32,000 nucleotides of DNA, taken from NCBI RefSeq assembly GCF_001457595.1, contig NZ_LN831039.1, positions 4,170,001 through 4,202,000 on the forward strand. The letters are read 5' to 3'. This DNA is from Mycolicibacterium smegmatis (GTDB taxonomy: Bacteria; Actinomycetota; Actinomycetes; Mycobacteriales; Mycobacteriaceae). Both the position numbers and the translations under genes were made by a program. Under the pieces are notes generated by a model. The model was not told the DNA's origin. It made no database searches and worked only from the letters and a program-made list of their open reading frames with translations. Of this stretch, positions 17,088-26,299 are shown piece by piece; positions within the stretch are counted from its first letter, which is position 1, and each line of letters begins with the position of its first letter.

Positions 17088-17590
17088 ACCGGTGTCGCCT
17101 CCCCTGGAAGCCCGATCTGCGTCAGCCACTCATTCTTGTCGAAGTAGGTGCGGACCTCAGTTACGGCTGCGGAGTTCACCCCGAGAACGACAACGCCCGG
17201 CACGGAAAGCGCCCGGTCCCTCTCGTTCGCCGGCGAGCGACGGTGACCTTCGAAAACTATGTCCGCCATGACACGTAGCGCTGACGCTCCCTGTGCCGCG
17301 ACAGGTCCGGCGACGATGCGCAGCTTCAGGTCCGGGTACTCGGCCATGGTGCGCTGGAAATGGGTTATGGCTGCGCTGCGACCTTGCACAGGCCGATCGG
17401 AGAACAAAGACCGGATGACAACATCGGGATGCAGCAGGGTGCTCAACCGTCCGGAGTCGACCGCGTCGTGTGCCTGGAACCAGTGCATGGCCACATCGAC
17501 GGCGTTTCGGAGCGTGTCCTCGTTCAGCTCCCGCCGGCTCACGGCCGCTAGATCGGGTCGCTCATTCCTCTGTGGCAGAGACTTTTTCAC
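17084..17590 (-). CDS. SnoaL-like / NTF2-fold protein (polyketide cyclase-like)
   Basis: VDVAMHWFQAHDAVDSGRLSTLLHPDVVIRSLFSDRPVQGRSAAITHFQRTMAEYPDLKLRIVAGPV...EVRTYFDKNEWLTQIGL. Confidence 0.78.
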   Translation of the reverse strand: MKKSLPQRNERPDLAAVSRRELNEDTLRNAVDVAMHWFQAHDAVDSGRLSTLLHPDVVIRSLFSDRPVQGRSAAITHFQRTMAEYPDLKLRIVAGPVAAQGASALRVMADIVFEGHRRSPANERDRALSVPGVVVLGVNSAAVTEVRTYFDKNEWLTQIGLPGEATPV

Positions 17591-17909
17591 TCGATCACCT
17601 CCCGCGGAGTGCTGATTCCGAGGCCACGGAACGCCGTTCGGTGACGCAACGACTCGGGGATTTGGGGCGGCGGTGTCACACGACTCCTCACGTCGTACAG
17701 CTCAGCACACTCAAGCCCGGCAGCAAATCTAACGCTGTTCTTGGCCGGTCATTGCGCAGAGACAGTTGAATACGATTTGACGTGCTGCGAATGTAGGTGT
17801 GAGTCGCTGGCCCTGTCAACCATGCGCACAAGAGCGGGCTTCAACCCGAGATGGCAACGAAATAACGACCCGAACAAGAAGCAGCGAGGATTCGATCGCA
17901 CGAAGACCC

Positions 17910-17940
17910 TTGACAAGGGCGATATCTGTTCGTATACGAT
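17910..17940 (+). promoter_or_regulatory. Putative sigma70-like promoter TTGACA-N17-TATACG with overlapping palindrome TCGTATACGA
   Basis: TTGACA 17910-17915; TATACG 17933-17938; perfect 10-bp palindrome TCGTATACGA 17930-17939, ~100 bp upstream of the ALDH start. Confidence 0.65.
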
Positions 17941-18041
17941 TTTCGTTCAGCAGCCTCCCGCGAGTCCTCGACTGGCGAGAATATGGCAAATACCCGAGAT
18001 TCGAGATTCTGCACAGTCACATCGTCGTTAGGAAGTTGGTC

Positions 18042-19544
18042 ATGAGCGCGTTGCACACAGTCGAAACCCCAGACGCCCGCCGGTCGGATTCACCGGTCGA
18101 ATACCGTTGGTATGCAGGCGGGACGTGGCGCCCCGCGGATGAGGATTGGTTCGACGACGCCGACCCTTGGAGCGGTGAGGTCTATGCGCGAGTCGCCCGC
18201 TGCGGCCGGCAGGAAGCCGCAGCTGCCGTCCAGGCTGCTGCTGACGCGTATCCAGCATGGTCGCAGACGACCCCAAGAGAAAAGGCGCGGCTGTTTCGCG
18301 CCGCAGCGGCAGTCGTGGCCCGGCGCCGGGACGATTTGGCTGTGACGCTTGCTCGCGAAACCGGCACGACCAAGGTCAACGCCGACTTCCAGATCACACT
18401 GACAATCGAACTCATCGAGCAGGCCGCGGGCTGGGTGTACCTGCCGGCCGGTGAGGTACTGCGATCTGACTTCGCCGACACCTCGCAGACCGTCGTACGA
18501 CGTCCGCTGGGGGTTGTTGCGAGTTTCACGCCGTGGAACGGAGCGACGATCTTGTCGTGGCGGGCAGCGTTGTCGCCCATCGCCGCAGGCAATACCGTCG
18601 TCGTCAAACCGTCGGAGCTTGCGCCCGTCTCAGCCGGGTTACAACTCGCAGAGATCATGGAGGAGGCAGGTTTTCCTGCAGGTGTGGTCAACGTCGTGAC
18701 CCATGGGCCCGGCGAGGCCGGCCCCATCGCCGACGAGTTCTTCGACAATCCTCTCGTAAGATGCATCAACTTCATCGGAAGCGTACCCACCGGCAGAATG
18801 CTGGCAGAGCGGGCCGGCGCGACGCTCAAGCGCTCTGTGATGGAACTCGGTGGTTACAACCCGTTGATCATTCTCGAAGACGTCGATCTCGACTACGCCG
18901 TACGCGTGGCTGCCTTCAGCGCCTTCTTCCATCAAGGCCAGATTTGCCTCAACGCGCGAAAAATTCTCGTCCACCGGGATATCTACGACGAGTTCGTTGC
19001 GCGGTTGGTGGCCAAGGCAGAGTCGCTGACTTCCGGGGACCCATTGCACGCAGACACATTCATCGGACCGCTGATCACACCTGCGGCGGTCGAACTGGTC
19101 CATGCGCGCGTCAACGATGCCGTGGCCAAAGGGGCCAGATTGTTGACGGGCGGCACCTACGACGGCCCGGTGTACGCCCCCACCGTCTTGGTCGATGTGC
19201 CCGATGACGCCGTCGTCTCATCTGAGGAGACGTTCGGTCCAGTGGTCGTCGTGCATCCGGTCGACACCGCCGAGGAAGCCATCGAGATCGCGAATCGACC
19301 CCTCTACGGTCTGTCTTCGGCAATTCTCTCCGGTGACACCCATCGAGCGACCAAACTCGCCGAATCCCTCCGTTCCGGAGTGGTGCGGGTGAATCTGCCC
19401 ACAATCGACGATGAGATCCAGGCACCGATCGGAGGCGTACGCGACAGCGGATGGGGGCGCTCTGGCCCATGGGCACTGCAGGACTTCACCGACCTGGTGG
19501 CCATCGCGGTTCAGAGCGGCCAACGAGATCTTCCGATCTCCTGA
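18042..19544 (+). CDS. NAD(P)-dependent aldehyde dehydrogenase
   Basis: ALDH motifs: FTPWNG, KPSELAPVSAG, catalytic Glu region VMELGGYNPLI, Cys region FFHQGQICLNARKI, EETFGPVVVV. Start at ATG 18042 (MSALHTVETPD). Confidence 0.93.
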   Translation: MSALHTVETPDARRSDSPVEYRWYAGGTWRPADEDWFDDADPWSGEVYARVARCGRQEAAAAVQAAADAYPAWSQTTPREKARLFRAAAAVVARRRDDLAVTLARETGTTKVNADFQITLTIELIEQAAGWVYLPAGEVLRSDFADTSQTVVRRPLGVVASFTPWNGATILSWRAALSPIAAGNTVVVKPSELAPVSAGLQLAEIMEEAGFPAGVVNVVTHGPGEAGPIADEFFDNPLVRCINFIGSVPTGRMLAERAGATLKRSVMELGGYNPLIILEDVDLDYAVRVAAFSAFFHQGQICLNARKILVHRDIYDEFVARLVAKAESLTSGDPLHADTFIGPLITPAAVELVHARVNDAVAKGARLLTGGTYDGPVYAPTVLVDVPDDAVVSSEETFGPVVVVHPVDTAEEAIEIANRPLYGLSSAILSGDTHRATKLAESLRSGVVRVNLPTIDDEIQAPIGGVRDSGWGRSGPWALQDFTDLVAIAVQSGQRDLPIS

Positions 19545-19557
19545 ACGGACGGCTGCG

Positions 19558-20697
19558 ATGAGTCATTCACAAATCTTTCCAACTCCGACGGATACTCGCA
19601 CGATCTCCGCCGCTCTGGTCAGAGCGACGGGCGAGCCATTCGTGATCACAGACCTCGCCCTGACCGGTCCGAGAGCCGACGAAATCCTGGTCCGCGTGGA
19701 CGCCGTCGGCATCTGCCACGCCGATACTCAAGCTCAGACCGGCGCACTGCCGGTGCCGGCGCCGATGGTCGCCGGCCACGAGGGCACCGGCATCGTCGAA
19801 GAGGTCGGCTCGGACGTCCAACACTTGAAGTGCGGAGACCGTGTCATCCTCACCTTCGACTCCTGTGGCGGTTGCGACCGGTGCCGGTCAGGCATTCCGA
19901 CCCAATGCCGTGAGTTCGTGAACCGAAATTTCACGGCCGGAGCACGTCCCGATGGCACCGCACGACTGCACCTCGACACCAACGCCGTCAACGGGAGTTT
20001 CTTCGGCCAATCATCCTTCGCGACATATGCGTTGGCCACCGAACGAAACGCGGTCGCCGTCTCCACACAACTGCCGCCAGAACTGCTCGCGCCAGTCGGT
20101 TGCGCCATCCAGACCGGCGTGGGCACCGTGCTCGACGTTCTCGCCCCGCCCCCCGCCGCGCCCGTGGTGGTATTCGGCGCGGGTGCGGTAGGACTCTCCG
20201 CCGTCATGGCTGCCGCAGCGACCGGTCACGAAGTGGTCGCGGTCGACACCAAGCCTGAACGACTCGATCTCGCACGCAAGCTCGGTGCAACACACGTCGT
20301 CGATCCTGCACGCGCCGACGTCACGAGAGCCATCACGGCGATCATGCCTGGCGGTGCACCCCACGTCTTCGAAAGCAGTGGCGCACCAGTCGCTCTCATC
20401 GCCGGCGTCGAGGCGCTGGCGCCCGGCGGGACGATCGCGGTAGTGGGCACCAGCGCAGCCGGTGTCACAGTCGGGATCGACGTCGTCGACCTGGTCAACA
20501 AGAGCAAGCACATCGTCGGGGTCGTCGAGGGCGCGTCCCGACCGCATGAATCGATCCCGCGACTGGTCAAGATGATCGAGGACGGAGCTCTCCCCGTGCA
20601 CGAGATCGTCACCACATTTCCGCTGGAGGACATCGCCGCGGCAATCGACGCCGCCAAGAGCGGACGGGTGGTGAAGCCCGTTCTGCTACCGCACTGA
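19558..20697 (+). CDS. Zn-dependent alcohol dehydrogenase (aryl-alcohol dehydrogenase-like MDR)
   Basis: VGICHADTQAQTG, GHEGTGIVEEVG, structural Zn ligands CGGCDRCRSGIPTQC, GAGAVGLSAVMAA. Confidence 0.92.
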   Translation: MSHSQIFPTPTDTRTISAALVRATGEPFVITDLALTGPRADEILVRVDAVGICHADTQAQTGALPVPAPMVAGHEGTGIVEEVGSDVQHLKCGDRVILTFDSCGGCDRCRSGIPTQCREFVNRNFTAGARPDGTARLHLDTNAVNGSFFGQSSFATYALATERNAVAVSTQLPPELLAPVGCAIQTGVGTVLDVLAPPPAAPVVVFGAGAVGLSAVMAAAATGHEVVAVDTKPERLDLARKLGATHVVDPARADVTRAITAIMPGGAPHVFESSGAPVALIAGVEALAPGGTIAVVGTSAAGVTVGIDVVDLVNKSKHIVGVVEGASRPHESIPRLVKMIEDGALPVHEIVTTFPLEDIAAAIDAAKSGRVVKPVLLPH

Positions 20698-20767
20698 ACA
20701 GCCCTCACGACACGCGTCGACGCATCGGCAAGCCCCTCTGCCAGTATCAATGATCGGACACTCGACC

Positions 20768-21415
20768 ATGACCCACTCGAAAACCAAAGATCATGCCGCG
20801 CAGGCGGATTCCGACATCGCACAACGCCTCTCGGCCTTGGGCGACGATGGACGAGACCTGCTGTTCCGACGGGCACGCACGGCCAACACGTTCTCGGCCG
20901 AACCTGTCGCCGACGCACTACTCGAAGAAGTTTGGGACCTTGCACAATGGCCGCCGACCTCGGCCAACGGCAATCCTCTTCGCATCGTTTTCATTCGGTC
21001 ACCAGAAGCCAAGGCGCGGTTGCTTCCGTGTATAGACGAAGGCAATCGGCCCAAGGTCGCCGCTGCCCCTGTCACCGCCGTGCTGGCCACCGATACGGCC
21101 TTCTTCGAATCGATACCGAAGCTGCTTCCGTTCAAGCCCGAGATGCGTGACTTGCTGGCCGGACGCAGCGACCGCGACCACATCGGCGAATTCAATGCAA
21201 CGCTCCAGATCGGCTACTTCATCATGGCGGTCCGCGCCGTCGGTCTGGCTGCCGGCCCGATGGCGGGGTTCGACCGCGCAGGCGTCGACGCGGAGTTCCT
21301 GACAGGCACCACATGGCGTTCTCTGTTGACCGTCAACATCGGCCACCCAGGCCCGGCGGCGTGGTACGACCGTCTTCCGCGACACGATCCCAGCGACATC
21401 GTCAGATTCGTCTAG
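20768..21415 (+). CDS. Nitroreductase-fold protein, RutE-like (malonic semialdehyde reductase family)
   Basis: LLFRRARTANTFSAEPVADALLEEVWDLAQWPPTSANGNPLRIVFIRSPEAKARL...AVRAVGLAAGPMAGFDRAGVDAEFLTGTTWRSLLTVNIGHP. Confidence 0.8.
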   Translation: MTHSKTKDHAAQADSDIAQRLSALGDDGRDLLFRRARTANTFSAEPVADALLEEVWDLAQWPPTSANGNPLRIVFIRSPEAKARLLPCIDEGNRPKVAAAPVTAVLATDTAFFESIPKLLPFKPEMRDLLAGRSDRDHIGEFNATLQIGYFIMAVRAVGLAAGPMAGFDRAGVDAEFLTGTTWRSLLTVNIGHPGPAAWYDRLPRHDPSDIVRFV

Positions 21416-21464
21416 CGCGACGCGCTTTGCCGAGTTGAAACCCCCCTCTGCAAACCCACCAACA

Positions 21465-21476
21465 TGTATACGAACA
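21465..21476 (-). promoter_or_regulatory. Putative auxiliary operator half (TGTTCGTATACA on minus strand)
   Basis: tgtatacgaaca at 21465-21476; 9/10 identity to the TCGTATACGA palindrome, centre ~85 bp from the box at 21549. Confidence 0.45.
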
Positions 21477-21529
21477 CTCAACGTCAAGGTTCGCATACAG
21501 ACGAAAATCCCAGATAACTCGAACATCCA

Positions 21530-21559
21530 TTGAGACTCGGGTCACTCTTCGTATACGAT
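21530..21559 (+). promoter_or_regulatory. Putative promoter TTGAGA-N16-TATACG with overlapping palindrome TCGTATACGA
   Basis: TTGAGA 21530-21535, TATACG 21552-21557, palindrome 21549-21558, ~65 bp upstream of the intradiol dioxygenase start. Confidence 0.6.
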
Positions 21560-21624
21560 CAGGCAGTATCGCTTTGAGTGGCCTCCCTTATGCAGCCCAG
21601 CGCCGGACTCGAGGAGACATACGC

Positions 21625-22509
21625 ATGGACATCACCCCGGACGAGTCAGCAGCCGTCGTCGCGGCGAGCTTCGACAACACCCCTGACCCACGGCTCAAGG
21701 AGGTCATGCAGAGTGCCGTAAGGCATCTGCACGACTTTGTCCGGGAAGTCCGTCCGACGAACGCGGAGTGGGAACTGGCAATCGATTTTCTCACTCGCAC
21801 AGGCCAAGCCTGCTCGGAGACCAGACAGGAGTTTATTCTGCTCTCCGATATTCTGGGCGTATCGATGCTGGTGGAGACCCTCAACGATGCGGGAGGCCGG
21901 CTGCCGGAAGGGGACGGGTTACCAGTGACCGCCACCACTGTTCTAGGACCCTTTCACATGACGACAAGTCCGACGCGACGCCTGGGAGAGAATATCGACG
22001 TCGTCGGCTCGGGCATGCCCTGTGTCGTCAAAGGGCATGTCACCGACGTCAGCGGCAACCCGATACCCGGGGCGAAGCTGGACGTCTGGCACGCCAACGA
22101 GGAGGGGTTTTATGACGTGGAGCAGCCGGACAAACAGCCCGCCGGGAACGGTCGCGGTATCTTCACCACCGACGAGGACGGCTCCTACTGGTTTCGTACC
22201 GTCACACCGCGGCACTACCCGATTCCGACCGATGGACCGGCCGGTGGTCTGGTGGTCCAGGCAGGCAGGGCCCCGTATCGACCGGCGCACCTTCACTTCA
22301 TCGCCGAAGCCGACGGCTACGAGGCGGTCACCACACACGTGTTCATGAGCAAGAGTCCCTACATCGACTCTGACGTCGTGTTCGCGGTGAAGAGCAGCTT
22401 GATCCGCGACTTCGTCGAAATCGAAGATGAGCATCAGGCAGCAGACTACGGTGTGCGAGCTCCGTTCCGCCTCGTCCAGTTCGACCTCGCGTTGGCTCAC
22501 GCAGATTGA
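21625..22509 (+). CDS. Intradiol ring-cleavage dioxygenase (hydroxyquinol/catechol 1,2-dioxygenase family)
   Basis: N-terminal linker domain EWELAIDFLTRTGQACSETRQEFILLSDILGVSMLVETLND; core GPFH..., VKGHVTDVSGNPIPGAKLDVWHANEEGFYDVEQ; GSYWFRTVTPRHYPIPTDGPAG; RPAHLHFIAEADGYEAVTTHVF (His/Tyr ligands). Confidence 0.93.
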   Translation: MDITPDESAAVVAASFDNTPDPRLKEVMQSAVRHLHDFVREVRPTNAEWELAIDFLTRTGQACSETRQEFILLSDILGVSMLVETLNDAGGRLPEGDGLPVTATTVLGPFHMTTSPTRRLGENIDVVGSGMPCVVKGHVTDVSGNPIPGAKLDVWHANEEGFYDVEQPDKQPAGNGRGIFTTDEDGSYWFRTVTPRHYPIPTDGPAGGLVVQAGRAPYRPAHLHFIAEADGYEAVTTHVFMSKSPYIDSDVVFAVKSSLIRDFVEIEDEHQAADYGVRAPFRLVQFDLALAHAD

Positions 22510-22667
22510 GGGAACGGAATCGCGGCACATCAGCATGACTGCGGCACAATAAGATATCTCCGCACCACGCGGTCTGTATCAGAAGTGATCGCACCCGGTC
22601 GGTCAGGTTCTCGACAGCAGACGTGAGCGAGTTCCCTCACCATCGGCACCCCTGACAAGGAGATCAA

Positions 22668-23426
22668 GTGTCACCCACGCCCGACCCGCAGTCCGCTGTT
22701 CCGGCGCGCGAGATTGCCTACCGAATCGTGTATGACGCCATCGCCTCCGGCCGCTACCTGCCTGGCCAGTGGATCCGGGAAGATGAAGTGACCGCAGAGG
22801 CAGGCGTGAGTAGAACCCCGCTGCGAGAAGCGCTGCAACGCCTTCAATCTGAAGGTCTGGTGCAATTGGTCCGTCATCGTGGCGCACTCGTCGTCGGTTG
22901 GACAAGTGCTGATCTCGATGATCTGTTCGACATCCGTGTGGCGCTGGAAACATACGGCGCTCGGCGAGCCGCCCAACGCCGTGGCGGCGCGCAACTCGAA
23001 AGTTTGCAGAAGCTGTGCGCTTCGATGGACGAGATACTGCCCGCAGCACAGGAACCGGAGTTGCAACAACTCGGGCATCTCTGCATCGATTTTCATCGGG
23101 GAATTCACGAGGCCGCCGACAACAGAAAGCTGCTGTCTGTGATGCCGATGGTGCTCGCCCCGCCGTTCGTCAGTGAGGCTTTTCACCATCATACACGGCT
23201 GGAGTTGGAGCAGGCGTTCGCGCACCACCGCGAACTGGTCGAGGCCATCGCGATCGGCGACGAGGACTGGGCGGAGGGAGTGATGCGTGCACACCTGCGT
23301 CACGGCAGACGATCCCTGCGGCGAATGGAACGTCACCTTCCGCTGATGACGAGTCACGATGCCGAGCCGGCGGTTACCGACACCGGCCAACCAGAGACAA
23401 CGTCGAGCGATCCCGTACACGAGTGA
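22668..23426 (+). CDS. GntR family regulator, FadR/FCD subfamily
   Basis: AREIAYRIVYDAIASGRYLPGQWIREDEVTAEAGVSRTPLREALQRLQSEGLVQLVRHRGALVV + helical FCD domain (DLFDIRVALETYGARRAA...HRELVEAIAIGDEDWAEGVMRAHL). Confidence 0.92.
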   Translation: MSPTPDPQSAVPAREIAYRIVYDAIASGRYLPGQWIREDEVTAEAGVSRTPLREALQRLQSEGLVQLVRHRGALVVGWTSADLDDLFDIRVALETYGARRAAQRRGGAQLESLQKLCASMDEILPAAQEPELQQLGHLCIDFHRGIHEAADNRKLLSVMPMVLAPPFVSEAFHHHTRLELEQAFAHHRELVEAIAIGDEDWAEGVMRAHLRHGRRSLRRMERHLPLMTSHDAEPAVTDTGQPETTSSDPVHE

Positions 23427-23448
23427 ACTTACGAGGGAAGGAAAGACA

Positions 23449-24402
23449 TTGGGACGCATAGACGTTCACCAGCACATCGTGCCTCCAGCTTGGCACAGCG
23501 CGATGGAGGCGATGATCGGTGCGGGCACCCCTTGGCCCCAACCACCACACTGGAGCGCCTCGGCGGCGCTGACCTTCATGGACGACGCCGAAATCGACAC
23601 GGGCATTCTGTCGGTCACGGCGCCCGGTGTTGTGCTCGATGGGTTCACCACAACCGATGCGCAATCCCTGGCCATCGCGGTCAACGACCAGACGGCGGAG
23701 GTGGTGAAGGACCGTCCCGACCGTTTTGGCTTCTTCGCCTCGCTCCCGCTGCCCGACGTGGACGGGGCCATCACCGAGGCGGTTCGGGCCTTCGACGAAC
23801 TGTCAGCCGACGGCGTGGTGCTGCAATCCAACGTGCGCGGCCGCTATCTCGGCGATCCGTCCTTCGAACCCTTGTGGGCTGAGCTCAACGAGCGCAGCGC
23901 GGTGGTGCACATCCACCCCAACCAACCACCGCTGCCTGCTTTGGCCGGTACACCATTCCCTCTGGCCGACTTCATCTTCGACACCACGCGCAGCGCACTC
24001 GACATGGCCTTACGCGGGGTGCCCCGCCGGTATCCGCGGATGCGGGTGATCTTGTCGCACGGCGGGGGGTTCCTGCCCTACGCAGCTCACCGGTTCGCGG
24101 CTCTCGCTCCTGAACAGGTGGACGCGAATCTGACGCCCACCGACCTGATCGCTGATCTGCAGTGGTTCTACATGGACACCGCCCTCGCGTCCAGCCCGAC
24201 GAGTTGGCCCGCGCTGCGCGCGTTTGCGGCCCCTGGGCATGTGGTGTACGGCAGTGACTGGCCTTTCGCCCCGCCACACGTCAGCGCTTACTTCGACAGT
24301 CACCTCGAAGAGGTGTCGTCACAGGGTGAGCTGGATGAAGCGTCTTGGGGTGCGGCGCAACGGCTCTTCCCGCGCCTGGCAGCGCGGGTGAGCACGATCT
24401 GA
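23449..24402 (+). CDS. Amidohydrolase-2 family protein (ACMSD / gamma-resorcylate decarboxylase-like)
   Basis: IDVHQHIVPPAWHSAM (metal-binding HxH), VHIHPNQPP, VILSHGGGFLPYAAHRF, HVVYGSDWPFAPP. Probable TTG start at 23449. Confidence 0.85.
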   Translation: MGRIDVHQHIVPPAWHSAMEAMIGAGTPWPQPPHWSASAALTFMDDAEIDTGILSVTAPGVVLDGFTTTDAQSLAIAVNDQTAEVVKDRPDRFGFFASLPLPDVDGAITEAVRAFDELSADGVVLQSNVRGRYLGDPSFEPLWAELNERSAVVHIHPNQPPLPALAGTPFPLADFIFDTTRSALDMALRGVPRRYPRMRVILSHGGGFLPYAAHRFAALAPEQVDANLTPTDLIADLQWFYMDTALASSPTSWPALRAFAAPGHVVYGSDWPFAPPHVSAYFDSHLEEVSSQGELDEASWGAAQRLFPRLAARVSTI

Positions 24403-24467
24403 ACGTCGCTGGTCCCGGTTGCCTGCCATCCTCTGGCGTCGTTACAGCACAGCGAAAGCTGACAAGG

Positions 24468-26258
24468 TCACGCCTGTTCACCGCGCATGATGTCCCATAC
24501 GATCACGGCAAGTTGAAGCTCAAGACGTACGTCGGCCTTGCGCAAGTCCAGCCCGAGTAATGACTGAATTTTCGCGAGGCGGTACCCGACCGTGTTCACG
24601 TGGACTGTCAACCGATTTCCGGTCGCCGCCGCAGAGAATCCCTCGACCAGCCAGGTACGCAGCGTGGCAACGAGGTCGGTCTCTCGTTGTTCGTCATGTG
24701 ACTCGAGCGGCTCGATGAGGTTCTCGGCGAATCTCCGTAATTGGTCGGGCACGGTGCTGTTGAGCAGTAGCAGCGAAGTCAGAGGCACCCTGCGCAAGTC
24801 GACCAGCCCACCAGCACCGGCTGCCAGGCGAAGTTGGGTGGTTCGGACACCGGTCTGATAGTTGACCGGGTAATCCGCGAGCCGCTCCACAGGTGGTGAC
24901 AGCGCCACTGCCAGCCGGCCTCCCCCCGAGGATTCGGTGATGCGCGTGAGCGTCCGCTGCACGATCCGCAGAGGATCGCGATCGCAGGGAATCAGCATGA
25001 CAACGGAACTCGCGTAGACCCCGACAAGTGTCTCCTGGCGAGGGGCCGCCTCCCGGACAGTCAGGGCCACCTGATCGAGTTTCGGTCCGAACTCCCCGGC
25101 AAAGACCGCCAACCAATGCGGTGTGGTGAGGTCATGCCCCAGAGCTTCAGCCCGCTGGATCAACATCGTTGACGGTGGGACGTCCGAAGTGCGCAGCAGG
25201 TCGACCATGAGGTCACCACAAAGGCGCTCCTGAACTTCGACGATGTGACGTTGTTTGAGTATCTCCAGGCCGACCACCAGCGCGAAGTGCTCGATCAGAC
25301 GTTGTCTTCCGGCATCGGGCTCGCTCGGTTCCGTGATCACCCAGAGCCAGCCCGCCACCTCGCCGCTCAACACGATCGGGATCAACCAGGTCTCAGCCGC
25401 CTGTCTGTCGATCAGCAGAGCTTCGTAGCGGCCGGTGTCTTCCCACTTCGATCGGGTTTTCCTGTCCAACTTCGGCGGGTCGATGTACTCACCGGCTGAT
25501 GCCTCGGCGAGCACCCGCTCTGCCGAATCGAGGACGGTCGCCGACGCCTGCAGCATGTCCGCAAGCGCCGCGACCAGGCCGTCCATCCCTATGTCGTTCA
25601 GCACCAATCGCATGAGCCGCCGATGCTGCTGATCGGCCCAGTCGAGCGAGGCGCGCCGCCGTCTGAGTTCATCGTTGACCGCGGACAAGTCGTTGATGGT
25701 CGCCTGCTGCGCGGCCCGCAACTGGGCGGTGCGGATCGCGTTCGCCGACTGCTCGGCGAGCAACTTGGCGAGTTCTATCTCCTCGGGCTCGTAGTCGTGC
25801 GGGTCGCGGAAGTACCCGGCGAGGATCCCGACGTTGTCCTTTCCGACCCGCAGCGGCGCAGTGAGGACGCTGCGGTAGCCCTGTGCCGCAGCGAATCTGT
25901 GTAACCTCTCGCTGTTCTCCGCGTACACGTCGGGAACAACGATCGTGGTCAGCTCCCGGTACGCTTTCGTCGCGGGCAGGTCAGCCGAGAAGTCCGCTGG
26001 ATGAATCTCCAGCCATCCCTCGCTTCGCACCAGATCGAGATAGCGTTTCCGCAGACCTGACGACCCCGCGATCTGCATCACCTCATGCGTGACGTCGTCG
26101 AGCATCACCCCGCAGTAGTCGAACCCGACCAGATCGCATCCCATCTGGGCAATATCGTCGAGGACGGTCTCCAGCGGCTCCGCCGCGTTGACTGTCCGCG
26201 AGATCGCCGTGACCGCAGACATCCAGGCCCGGAGCGGATCAGACCGAACCGACATCAA
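24468..26258 (-). CDS. GAF domain + PucR/CdaR-type helix-turn-helix regulator
   Basis: GAF-like N-terminus (PLETVLDDIAQMGCDLVGFDYCGVMLDD...YRSVLTAPLRVGKDNVGILAGYF) and C-terminal HTH_30 (LVATLRTWLVEGFSAAATGNRLTVHVNTVGYRLAKIQSLLGLDLRKADVRLELQLAVIVWDI). Confidence 0.88.
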   Translation of the reverse strand: MMSVRSDPLRAWMSAVTAISRTVNAAEPLETVLDDIAQMGCDLVGFDYCGVMLDDVTHEVMQIAGSSGLRKRYLDLVRSEGWLEIHPADFSADLPATKAYRELTTIVVPDVYAENSERLHRFAAAQGYRSVLTAPLRVGKDNVGILAGYFRDPHDYEPEEIELAKLLAEQSANAIRTAQLRAAQQATINDLSAVNDELRRRRASLDWADQQHRRLMRLVLNDIGMDGLVAALADMLQASATVLDSAERVLAEASAGEYIDPPKLDRKTRSKWEDTGRYEALLIDRQAAETWLIPIVLSGEVAGWLWVITEPSEPDAGRQRLIEHFALVVGLEILKQRHIVEVQERLCGDLMVDLLRTSDVPPSTMLIQRAEALGHDLTTPHWLAVFAGEFGPKLDQVALTVREAAPRQETLVGVYASSVVMLIPCDRDPLRIVQRTLTRITESSGGGRLAVALSPPVERLADYPVNYQTGVRTTQLRLAAGAGGLVDLRRVPLTSLLLLNSTVPDQLRRFAENLIEPLESHDEQRETDLVATLRTWLVEGFSAAATGNRLTVHVNTVGYRLAKIQSLLGLDLRKADVRLELQLAVIVWDIMRGEQA

Positions 26259-26299
26259 CCATCCTCTGTGGGCACATCAGTCCTTACGACACTACAAGA

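Noticed and set aside
24694-25116. 140-aa minus-strand ORF inside the GAF-PucR gene and 25245-25904 plus ORFs
   Set aside because: Out-of-frame shadows of the 596-aa regulator.
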